DNA from: Candidatus Bathyarchaeota archaeon
GTDB taxonomy: Archaea; Thermoproteota; Bathyarchaeia; Bathyarchaeales; Bathycorpusculaceae
Reading direction: 5' to 3'
DNA length: 64,000 nt
Assembly (NCBI GenBank): GCA_963739305.1
Contig: CAVTZU010000011.1
Location: 64,001-128,000 of the forward strand
Both the position numbers and the translations under genes were made by a program. Below are positions 51,630 through 60,437 of this stretch, piece by piece; the stretch's first letter is position 1; the number at the start of each line of letters is the position of its first letter. Below the pieces are notes generated by a model, which did not search any database, had not been told where the DNA came from, and saw only the letters and a program-made list of their open reading frames with translations.

Positions 51630-52988
51630 TTGGAAAGTGATTATAAGCTTAGAACGCTGAAGCGTTCAACCGCTGCCATTGCGAGCGTCGTGATTGTTGA
51701 ACTTGCGTTGGGTCTGACAGTGAACAGTCTTGCGATTGTGAGCGATGGGCTGCATGCACTCCTCGATACTCTTACCACTCTCATGCTTTTTATCACAATG
51801 CGTATGTCTGTCAAGCCTCCTGATGAAGAGCATACGTACGGACATGAAAAGTTCGAATCAATTGGCGGCCTCATTGGTGGGATTTCGCTCATCGGCGTTG
51901 CAATATTGATAATCTATGAAGCGATTCTGAAAATCATGAACAACCAAACTGTGATCCTGGGATTAGAATACGTGGGTTTCATCGCTGTTGCTTACACCTT
52001 CTGCATAGATTTCTACAGAGTGGGGAGCTTCTTCCGAGCAAGAACAAGTGAAAGCGTTACGATGAAAGCTGGATTTTACCACGCCATCGCGGACCTGAGT
52101 TCCACGGTTATAGCTTTTGCCGGATTTGGAATGGCAACACTAGGGTTTGGCATGGGAGACTCTTTGGCGTCTATTGTGCTTGGCGCAATGTTAAGCTATT
52201 TTAGCGTAAGACTTGTTTGGAGCAGCGGTTTGGAGCTCACTGATACGGTTCCTAAAGAGGTAGCAGCAAAGGTCAGAGATGCGATCATTAACACAAAAGG
52301 CGTTTGCAGCCTGAAAGACTTCAGGATGAGAAAGGCTGGCAGCAAGTCATTTGTCAGAGCAACACTGCAGGTTCCTGATTACATGGGGCTTGAAGAAGCT
52401 CACGATTTGACTCTGAAGATAGAAACGATGATAAAGGACATCGTAGGTGACGTGGAAGTCTCTCTCCACACCGAACCTTGCGAATTGCACGTGCCGACCG
52501 AGAAGCTTGTGGAGCAGCTTTCAACCGAAGTCGAAGGAGTGAAAGATGTGCGAGACGTCAACGTGGTTTACACGGATGGTAGACTGTACATAACATTGCA
52601 CGTATTCGTTGATGCAAACATTTCGGTCGAACAGGCCCATGATATTGCAGAGCAGATTGAGAAGAAAATCGACCGCGAAGTGAAGGATGTCGAAGATGTG
52701 GCGGTTTCCGTTGCGCCTTTTAGTCGGAGGAGAAGAAAAGGCGCGTCGGTGGATGAAGGTGAGATTAGGTGGATTGTTCACGGGATAGCCGACTCCTATC
52801 AACGGGCTTTTCGCGTAAAAAGAATAGTTACTTATGTTGGCGGGAAGAAGCGTTACATCAACGTCGACTGCAGTTTCACGAAACAGATTTCAATTGAGGA
52901 AGCCTATAAGGTTGCGTCACAGATTGAAGAGAAGATTAAGGAACATTTTGTTGAGACGACTGTTACGGTGCACGTGGAGCCAAGTTGA
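51630..52988 (+). CDS. Cation diffusion facilitator with three tandem C-terminal domains
   Basis: SDGLHALLD, PPDEEHTYGHEKFE, HAIAD, then three CTD repeats. Confidence 0.92.
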   Translation: MESDYKLRTLKRSTAAIASVVIVELALGLTVNSLAIVSDGLHALLDTLTTLMLFITMRMSVKPPDEEHTYGHEKFESIGGLIGGISLIGVAILIIYEAILKIMNNQTVILGLEYVGFIAVAYTFCIDFYRVGSFFRARTSESVTMKAGFYHAIADLSSTVIAFAGFGMATLGFGMGDSLASIVLGAMLSYFSVRLVWSSGLELTDTVPKEVAAKVRDAIINTKGVCSLKDFRMRKAGSKSFVRATLQVPDYMGLEEAHDLTLKIETMIKDIVGDVEVSLHTEPCELHVPTEKLVEQLSTEVEGVKDVRDVNVVYTDGRLYITLHVFVDANISVEQAHDIAEQIEKKIDREVKDVEDVAVSVAPFSRRRRKGASVDEGEIRWIVHGIADSYQRAFRVKRIVTYVGGKKRYINVDCSFTKQISIEEAYKVASQIEEKIKEHFVETTVTVHVEPS

Positions 52989-53041
52989 CTTCCCTAAAAG
53001 TTGTAATCACGTTTTCAGAGTAGAAAAAGTGGGTGGAGGGA

Positions 53042-55055
53042 TCAGCTTATTTGGATCTCCTTGATCAACGACAGATCCTCTAGGTTGTTGAGCTGCACTT
53101 TTGCGTTAGATATGGTGTACAGCACATTTTCTATGTACAACGACCTTTGAACGTAGTAGTCTTGATTATAGATATCGATGCCGTTTTCCATGTGGCTTAT
53201 TTTGCCTTCGAGGGTGAAGCCTCCGTCTAGCGATATGTTGAAGACGTATGCTCCTTGCCAGACTGGTTGTCCATATGCGCCTGCAGGTACTTGTCCAGGC
53301 GGATACTGGCTCTGATCGACCTTTGCTTCGAGAACAGGTATTACTAGCAGGTTCTTTGACTTGTCGAATAGGAATGCTTTAGGGTCACTTAGTACGGGTG
53401 AGCTTGTTCCTCTGTCTCCGATGGTGTATTTGGCGATTTGCACAGGGTTGCTGACGTTGCTCACGTCGAATAGTGATATTTTTACTCCTTGGTACCATGC
53501 AAAGTACCCTTGTTCTGAAGCCGTGGTTTCTTTCCCAATGCCGATCAGATGGTTGTCGTCGTAGGGATGAAGATAATCCGAATATCCTGGAATAGTCAAG
53601 TTTCCGGATTCGCTTGGCTTAGCTGGGTTGCTGAGGTCAATTACGAACAATGGGTCGGTCATCATGAAGGTTACGAGATAGCATTTGTCGCCCATAAATC
53701 GCGCTGAGTGGAAGTTCTCTCCTTGTGAAAGGTTCTCAAGTCTTCCAACGATGCTCAGGTTCATGTTCAGCACGTAGACATTGCTCTGTTGTCCTCCGGA
53801 AATTGGGACTACCGTAACGGTGCCGTTTGAAGGTTTGATCGTTGGTGAGGTCGATGTGATGGGGCTACCCCATGTTGTGGTGACCACTCTGAAGTAATCG
53901 CCATATTCGTCCATCGAGTACTGGTTTAGGATTGATCCTGGAACTGTACCTTGTGCTTCGGGGGTGATCGTGTTGTTTTCGACGTGTATGCGATAGATTG
54001 ATGTCTGTGTTTGCCCGTAACCCGTTTGATCATACACGTTTTGTGTGACGTATATGTTGTCCAAGGACACGTACAATGTGCTCGTTCCCCCGATCAGGAG
54101 GGTCTTCGAGCTCGGGGTCTCGGTAACGTTTTCAATGTTCAATGCTGCGATGGTTGTGAAAGTGAAGTAATTGTCAGTAACATTCGAGTAATAGATGTCT
54201 GATGAAGACACGCCTGTTTCAGTCCCGTTCAACCCGATTTTGGGGAGGTTCACATCGTCAACGGTAATATTCGGAAGAACCTCGACTCTGTAGTACGCGA
54301 GTTGGCCTGCTACCAAATAGACGTAGTTGCCAATCATTCTTGAACTAAGATAATCTCCGCTTGTGCTGAACGTCTCAACTAGCTCCGGGTTCGTTCTGTT
54401 CGAGATGTCATATATCTTAACGAATGTTGTAACATCTTGAGTGTACATCGTCGTCGGATGAATAGGCACCTGGCCCTGTAATTCCTCGACTGAGGGGTGA
54501 GCCGTAGTAGGGTAGCGGAGTCATACTGTAATTGGACCCGAGTACTGCTAATTTGTTGCCGTTTACGAAGATCCCGGAAGGCGACATGTCCGTGAAAGTT
54601 ATCCTCGAAGTTACCTGTGCTTCTTCAGGCGGGTACGCTTTCAGAATTGTTATGTTATTGCCTACGAGCAAGAAAATGTATCCTTTGTTGTCGACTTTGA
54701 CGAAGTCTGCCTCGTCTACACCAGTGACCTGTATGTTCGTATCCGAATGTGTCAATTCTCCTGCGCCGAGAGAGTTTGTGATGCCTGGAAGGGCCTGTTT
54801 TTCCTGAGGACCACTGGCAGTGAAAACGCCACCATTATTTGTATAGTAAGGAGATGTGTACTGGTTCTGAGTCCTGGTTTTCAAGAAATCTTTGAGTTCG
54901 TTGTAAGAGGAGAACGTTGACATGAATGGAGAGGTTTTTGGCAGCTGAATTTGTGGTACGTACCCTAGTTGATAACACAATGAAACCAACACTGTTGCTA
55001 TGAGAATGCCTGCGATGCCGTATAGCCATGCGCGTTTTCTAATCTCTTTCTGCAA
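53042..55055 (-). CDS. Secreted beta-propeller domain protein (COG4880-like), with a +1 frameshift near 54495
   Basis: SDTNIQVTGVDEAD, LNQYSMDE, SARFMGD, DPLFVIDL, IPGYSDYLHP, KISLFDVS. Confidence 0.85.
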
Positions 55056-55127
55056 CTGAAATTCACCTGACTAGTAATGGGTTTGGCCGAATTTTATGCT
55101 AAGCCTTGGAACATGCGGTACTAGAAA

Positions 55128-55592
55128 CTAGAACGGTCTCATTTGCCATACTCTGACGGCTTCGTACCAGAAGATCGCGGTCACAATTGCTCCAAAAGAA
55201 GCGATGAAGAGGTTTTCCCTCGTCAGTCCATTCATCAAAAGAAGCAAGTAGGCTACGTAGAAAGTGGTTGAGAAAACAGCGTAGAAGAAGTATCTTGGGA
55301 ACAGCATTTTTCCCAATTTGACGAAATGTCTCAACACTCCAATCTTGACTTCGCTGACTAAAGAATAATTGCCTCCAACTTCCTGCTTAGTGACCAATCC
55401 GAGTTCACGCAATTGCTCAAGATGATGTTGCGCCACGCTTGGACTGCTGAAATGCAGGTTTCTTTGGACTTCCCGCACGCTCATGGGGTGACCGTTCCTT
55501 AGAAGAAGCCAATAGACCTTCCAGTCCTTGCCTCGGAGAGCATACTCCAAAGAGCTTTCTTCATCAGCGATCACGCGGCTGCACTCTTCCAA
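55128..55592 (-). CDS. Membrane-anchored winged-HTH transcription regulator
   Basis: VREVQRNL.FSSPSVA.HHLEQL..LGLV HTH followed by two TM helices. Confidence 0.8.
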   Translation of the reverse strand: MEECSRVIADEESSLEYALRGKDWKVYWLLLRNGHPMSVREVQRNLHFSSPSVAQHHLEQLRELGLVTKQEVGGNYSLVSEVKIGVLRHFVKLGKMLFPRYFFYAVFSTTFYVAYLLLLMNGLTRENLFIASFGAIVTAIFWYEAVRVWQMRPF

Positions 55593-55621
55593 GGTATGTA
55601 CTAGATATTGGTCCCTTATAA

Positions 55622-55652
55622 TTCCAATTTCTAGAACAGTATGTTCTTATAA
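55622..55652. promoter_or_regulatory. Candidate operator TTCCAATTTCTAGAACAGTATGTTCTTATAA
   Basis: Imperfect palindrome AGAACA-N3-TGTTCT upstream of the HTH gene; similar to 56659-56688. Confidence 0.45.
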
Positions 55653-55727
55653 TTCGTGTCCATGAGGAGTAATCGAACTTACCCTTTGGCAGGTAGTCTC
55701 CTCAAGCGTGGGCGACGGTTTGTCGTT

Positions 55728-56522
55728 TTATGATGGCGGTGGTGGAGGCGTGGAAGGAGGTGGAGGTAAAGGTTGTTGAGAAGTTGGGGTTTTTCTTCTT
55801 CGGAGGACGATAGTTGCTGCTACGATGGCTATTATGACGGCTATGCCTGCGATGATGTAGATTAGATCGTTCTGTATGAAGTCGAGGGGATTTGCTGACC
55901 ATAGATTCGTTTCGGTTGCTTTGAACGAGATTTCTTCGTATCCTCCGGATATGCCGACGAAGGTTTGGTTCGTGTAGAGTTCAACCATGACGCCGGTGTT
56001 TTGGTCCCAGTAGGTCCTGTATTCGTACGGGTAGTTTACTTGGGCCACTGTGTTGTTGCCTTTGTAGTCGAGTACGTTGACGTTTCTGTTTGCTCCCGCG
56101 TACATTCCTGTCACGGTTTGGTCTATGACGGCTTGTGTTTGTGGGTTTAGCGGGTCTCCAGCCGTCAGGTTGGAGGCGATGATGTATGAGGTTCCGACGA
56201 GGTTGCTTGTTTGGACGTCGTCTTCGAAGTTTTCGGAGAGTTGTGTGCCGTTGCTGTATTGTATGGTGAAGTTTAGGCTGGCTGCTGTTCCCGTGACGCT
56301 CAGGACGTCCATTCGAACCCAGTCTAGCTTTATCTCTTGAAGGTCTGATGGCTCGGTGCCGTTTCCGCCCCAGTTGACGACGAATTGGCCGTACTTGACC
56401 CAGTCTCCAGCTTTGACTCCGAGCGTGTAATCTTTGGCATGAACCAGTGTGGGAGCAAATACTGCCACCACAAGAATTACCAGCAAGCCAATTCTCAGAT
56501 TGTTCCCAATCAAGCTTCTCAT
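55728..56522 (-). CDS. Secreted, C-terminally anchored surface protein with Pro-rich tail (paralog B)
   Basis: Collinear with 11441-12235, with many identical blocks (GVKAGDWVKYGQ, IASNLTAGDP, GGYEEISFKA). Confidence 0.85.
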   Translation of the reverse strand: MRSLIGNNLRIGLLVILVVAVFAPTLVHAKDYTLGVKAGDWVKYGQFVVNWGGNGTEPSDLQEIKLDWVRMDVLSVTGTAASLNFTIQYSNGTQLSENFEDDVQTSNLVGTSYIIASNLTAGDPLNPQTQAVIDQTVTGMYAGANRNVNVLDYKGNNTVAQVNYPYEYRTYWDQNTGVMVELYTNQTFVGISGGYEEISFKATETNLWSANPLDFIQNDLIYIIAGIAVIIAIVAATIVLRRRKTPTSQQPLPPPPSTPPPPPS

Positions 56523-56668
56523 GTTATCGTCAGTCCTGACTTGGCTCTGTGGGTATATCAGTTTTTCTTAACTAGATGTTGCTAGATCGTTGTATCGTCG
56601 TCGGTCGTGGGCCACATGCTTGCTTGGGATGGTACGCGTCCGCGTGCGCTTCTAAATGTTCCAATTAG

Positions 56669-56684
56669 TAGAACATATGTTCTA
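56669..56684. promoter_or_regulatory. Perfect 16-bp palindrome TAGAACATATGTTCTA
   Basis: Self-complementary; lies in a divergent intergenic region. Confidence 0.55.
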
Positions 56685-56810
56685 ATAACTAGACTTATCT
56701 CCTAGTGTCGTCTGCTAACTCTTTCTTGACTGCTATTATCTATGCTCATCATAGCCTGTAATGTAGTCTTTAATACTAATTTACCCAATCTTGTCTTTTG
56801 GGTGTCAATA

Positions 56811-57287
56811 GTGGTTGACATTACTGAAATCTCTGCTATTGTTGCAGCAGCAGGTGTGCTAGTAGGTGTTGTCTACTATATTCTGGACATGAGACATCAG
56901 AGCATAGTGAGACAGACAGACCTTGTAATGGGACTATACTCAACTTTCAATAGTCTCGAATTCCAGAAGACATGGGAAGAAGTTTTGAACAGAGAAGCCA
57001 AGGACCTCAATGATTACGAGAAGAAGTATGGTCAGGCTGAAATATTAGCCGTTGGCATGTTCTTCGAAGGAATAGGCATTCTTCTAAAAAGAAAACTCAT
57101 AGACATAGAGTTAGTTGATGACATGTTCACAACGCCTGTCAAAAGAACATGGGAAAAGCTGAGGGATATCACACTAGAAGCCAGAAAAGTCAAAAATGAA
57201 CCAACGGATTTTGAGTGGTTTGAGTATCTCTACAATGAAATGAAAAAGAGAGAACAGCAACTTCAAAAAGGTGTCAAGAATGCTTGA
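56811..57287 (+). CDS. DUF4760-like protein
   Basis: N-terminal TM helix; FFEGIGILLKRKLIDIELV...FEWFEYL. Confidence 0.7.
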   Translation: MVDITEISAIVAAAGVLVGVVYYILDMRHQSIVRQTDLVMGLYSTFNSLEFQKTWEEVLNREAKDLNDYEKKYGQAEILAVGMFFEGIGILLKRKLIDIELVDDMFTTPVKRTWEKLRDITLEARKVKNEPTDFEWFEYLYNEMKKREQQLQKGVKNA

Positions 57288-57373
57288 AATCCCTGTTCCC
57301 GTAACTTTCATCAATCAGGCAAAATCCTAAACTGCCTCAGGGCTTGATCTTCTCTTGGGGAGTGTAGCTGCCT

Positions 57374-57853
57374 GTGTCTCTTTCATCTGAGGCAGTAAAC
57401 CAATCCATCTTTGTAGCTGCCTTGTTCTTGACATTGATCTCTGTGCCCAAACTCCTTGTTGTGACAGTGTGGTATGCTTACAAGGAGTGGGTGTTTTCAA
57501 ACCTTGAGAAAGCTCTGAGCAAAATTGAGGGACTCAACAAAGAGGGAACAGCAGAAATACTGACAAAAGGAGCAAGGGATCCTAGAGTCAGAATGGATTT
57601 GACGATTGAGACATTGGCTGATTTCAAGAAAGACATCAGAGATCCATTGATAGAAGCCTCAACAGCAGTAGCTATCTTGTTCTTTCTCATTCCTCTCCTT
57701 CCTTCCATAGAAACTTGGCTAATCGTAATCCTGATCGTGATCGTGGCTGTAGTGATTGGAGCTTTTGCCTTGACAGTAGTGTTATGGAGAAAGGGCAACA
57801 AGATGTTAAGAATGAAGTTATCAAGCAATCCTTCATTGAGTCTTGAACCATGA
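57374..57853 (+). CDS. Hypothetical membrane protein
   Basis: Three hydrophobic segments; CpG-poor DNA. Confidence 0.6.
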   Translation: MSLSSEAVNQSIFVAALFLTLISVPKLLVVTVWYAYKEWVFSNLEKALSKIEGLNKEGTAEILTKGARDPRVRMDLTIETLADFKKDIRDPLIEASTAVAILFFLIPLLPSIETWLIVILIVIVAVVIGAFALTVVLWRKGNKMLRMKLSSNPSLSLEP

Positions 57854-57932
57854 ACAAGGCGACACTGAGATTGTCTTTTATGTCTGTCCCACGCAGAGAC
57901 TGAGTGGGAGTGTGATCGCGCGCGCTAATCTT

Positions 57933-58532
57933 TCAATTTTTAGAACGATGAGACAGTGCGTTCGCTATCTCGTTTTCAACCTCTTCGACTGTTTTCCCTG
58001 CGTCTATGATTTGCCAATTATCCAAGCGGGCTAAACTGAGGGCTTTTTTCCTGATTTTTTTCAATTCGTTTAGGTTCTCAAACATCTCAAGTCTTATGCG
58101 GGTCAGCTTTATTCTTCGGACGGCTTCTTCTGGGGGAACGTCTAGAAAGAACATGAGGTTCGAGGTTGGCACAACGGATGCAAAGAACTGGTAGCTAATT
58201 CTGTCAAGAGGTGACGGAAGATATGCGGTTCCCATCAGATATCGAACAAAGATAGTGTAATTGTACTTCTGCCATGAATAGAGTAGGATAGAACGGACAA
58301 CGTCGAGCATGTAGAAAAAGGCGGATGCGAAATGTGCACTTTTTCCTCTCTTGTTCAAAAATCTTTTGGCCCTGACGCCGAAGAAATTGTCATCTGAGGG
58401 GTGAATGCGAAGAAGCACTGTTCTTGTGTTGTTGCTGAGCAGTTCGCAAAGGCTAGTGGCTTGGGTGCTCTTGCCGGAGGCGTCGAGGCCATCGATAACA
58501 ATCAACACCAATAGATCAGACGCCCCCACCAT
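57933..58532 (-). CDS. Thymidylate-kinase-like P-loop kinase
   Basis: IDGLDASGKST, FLDVPPEEAVRRI, E.FE; VRY replaces the canonical DRY. Confidence 0.8.
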   Translation of the reverse strand: MVGASDLLVLIVIDGLDASGKSTQATSLCELLSNNTRTVLLRIHPSDDNFFGVRAKRFLNKRGKSAHFASAFFYMLDVVRSILLYSWQKYNYTIFVRYLMGTAYLPSPLDRISYQFFASVVPTSNLMFFLDVPPEEAVRRIKLTRIRLEMFENLNELKKIRKKALSLARLDNWQIIDAGKTVEEVENEIANALSHRSKN

Positions 58533-59229
58533 AAAGCAGGAAAGTCAAAACGCTGAAGGCAGGCACTGTCAGATTGTCGAAGCCGAGTGGTGAGAAGCCT
58601 TCAACTAAGGTGCCGACTGCAGTTGCTCCAATGGCGGCAGGAATTCTTGAAAGGAACGAGAATCCATAAACCTGAGAGAAGAAGGCGAGACCACATAAAA
58701 GGGACATTGAACTCACCAGAAACATTGCTGCAGAGCCTTCAAAACTCTTTTTGGCGACTAGTTTGTACTTGTGTCGGCCGTACTTCTCCCCAAAGACTGA
58801 AGCGGCAGCGTCCCCATAGGCCATCGGCAAAATGCCAGCTGCTATCACGTAAGATTTTTGCGCAAACAGCAACGCCAAGCACGTGTAGGAGATGGCGTAA
58901 AAAACAAGCCCCCACTGGTGTCCTTCTTCTGTTATTTCAGACAATCCTTTGAGCTTCTTGTTTATTCTCTTCAACGGAGAATATGGGGTTGCGAGAAAAG
59001 TGACCAGAATGAATGGGGCGGCGACAAGAGCTGGAAAAATCGGTGACGAGAAAAAAGGAATTATGAACGGAAGATTGCCAATCATGACGTGTAGAAACTT
59101 TCGCGAGGTCTTCGGCGAAATGCTTTGAAACTTGTCCATTCTGCCAGAAACGAATATGACGATCAGAACATAGAGGTAGCAGCCGCACATAATGAGGACA
59201 TTCGTGAAAACCTCATTGGCAAGCATCAT
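58516..59229 (-). CDS. Phytol/dolichol-kinase family CTP-dependent membrane kinase
   Basis: SRKFLHV, YGDAAASVFG..YG, KSFEGS, GFDNLTVP. Confidence 0.88.
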   Translation of the reverse strand: MMLANEVFTNVLIMCGCYLYVLIVIFVSGRMDKFQSISPKTSRKFLHVMIGNLPFIIPFFSSPIFPALVAAPFILVTFLATPYSPLKRINKKLKGLSEITEEGHQWGLVFYAISYTCLALLFAQKSYVIAAGILPMAYGDAAASVFGEKYGRHKYKLVAKKSFEGSAAMFLVSSMSLLCGLAFFSQVYGFSFLSRIPAAIGATAVGTLVEGFSPLGFDNLTVPAFSVLTFLLYGGGV

Positions 59230-60092
59230 GGCCACCTAATCAGTCCAAGAATGAATGCCAATAGTCCGAAAACGAACCATAGAAGCACGGTGTTCTTGAT
59301 TTTTCTTGCCTTCTCTCTCGAATAGTCTCTCAGAAGCATGACCGATGAGGCAATCAGTCCGATATCCGTCACGGCAACGAATGGGACGAACCAAAAAGAG
59401 ACAATGCCTAGAAGCCACGGTATCGGGCTCAGAGTCACTGCAGATAGAAAGAATACGACTGCTGCCACAACTGCGCTTTTCTCGCCGAAACGCACAGCAA
59501 CAGTTTTGACGTTTTGTGTCCTGTCTCCTTCCACGTCGACTATACCTTTGGTTATCTCTCTGCCAGTGTTGGAGAGGAACGCCATCGAAGCAAAGAGTAG
59601 CACGTTCAGCTTCACTTCCGTGGCAATCGTCACGCTTCCAAAGATGAACGGTATTGCAACACACGCGCTGACCAGGAAATTGCCCGGTAATCCACTTCGC
59701 TTTCCCACCGTCGTGTACAGTGTGAAAATGCTCCAAGCAATCACCGCTACAAGCAGAGGCAGAGGATGAACGGTATTGGCTAAATATGCGGTCACGAAGC
59801 CCACGGTAGTGAGAACCGTCGCGAACACCAAAGCCTCTATTGGCCTGACAACGCCGCTTGGAATTGGTCGTTTCGGTTCGTTTATAGCGTCTATTTCACG
59901 ATCATAATAATCGTTAATTACCATAGACGCGGCGGTGAGCGCGAAACCTGTGATGAATCCGTAGACCAGGCTGACCCAGGCACTGCTCACGCCATCTAGA
60001 TTGGCAAGTGCTGCGCCAATTATGACTGCCACGCCCATCATTAGACAGTTGACGGGACGCGTTAGGCGTAGGTAGCTACCAAGCTTGCTCAT
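59226..60092 (-). CDS. Digeranylgeranylglyceryl phosphate synthase (UbiA family)
   Basis: LTRPVN, INDYYDREIDAINEPKRPIPSG, REITKGIVDVEGD; ATG 60092. Confidence 0.9.
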   Translation of the reverse strand: MSKLGSYLRLTRPVNCLMMGVAVIIGAALANLDGVSSAWVSLVYGFITGFALTAASMVINDYYDREIDAINEPKRPIPSGVVRPIEALVFATVLTTVGFVTAYLANTVHPLPLLVAVIAWSIFTLYTTVGKRSGLPGNFLVSACVAIPFIFGSVTIATEVKLNVLLFASMAFLSNTGREITKGIVDVEGDRTQNVKTVAVRFGEKSAVVAAVVFFLSAVTLSPIPWLLGIVSFWFVPFVAVTDIGLIASSVMLLRDYSREKARKIKNTVLLWFVFGLLAFILGLIRWP

Positions 60093-60131
60093 TCTTCTTC
60101 GATCCTTGTTTGACCTATAGCGTCTTCCTTC

Positions 60132-60155
60132 AACGTGAGTTATAAGATTCACGTT
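60132..60155. promoter_or_regulatory. Inverted repeat AACGTGA-N10-TCACGTT over the lipid-operon TATA box
   Basis: 7-bp arms around TTATAA, about 40-60 nt upstream of ATG 60092. Confidence 0.4.
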
Positions 60156-60437
60156 TCGACTCTGGAAATCAATAAACGCATGGTGATCAGGTGTGCACGT
60201 TGTTGGTTGAACAAGCCTAAAAGGGATCACGTGACCTTTCACTGGAAGTCGAGAGGGAGTAGCGAATTTGGAATGTTTATTGTTCCTTAGTTGATAAAAG
60301 GAAGATTCACGGAATTCCTGACTGTTGTGAAAACTAAAGCTTCCTTTGAGTTGTATTGATATCGTTTGCAGTGTTTGACTCGAAAGTTTAATACGTTTCA
60401 TGGAAATATCCTCATTGAAGTTCGCTGGTGGTTGAAT

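Noticed and set aside
56671-56682. Resemblance to the Gram-positive LexA box GAAC-N4-GTTC
   Set aside because: The context is archaeal with no LexA or repair genes nearby; kept only as a generic palindrome.
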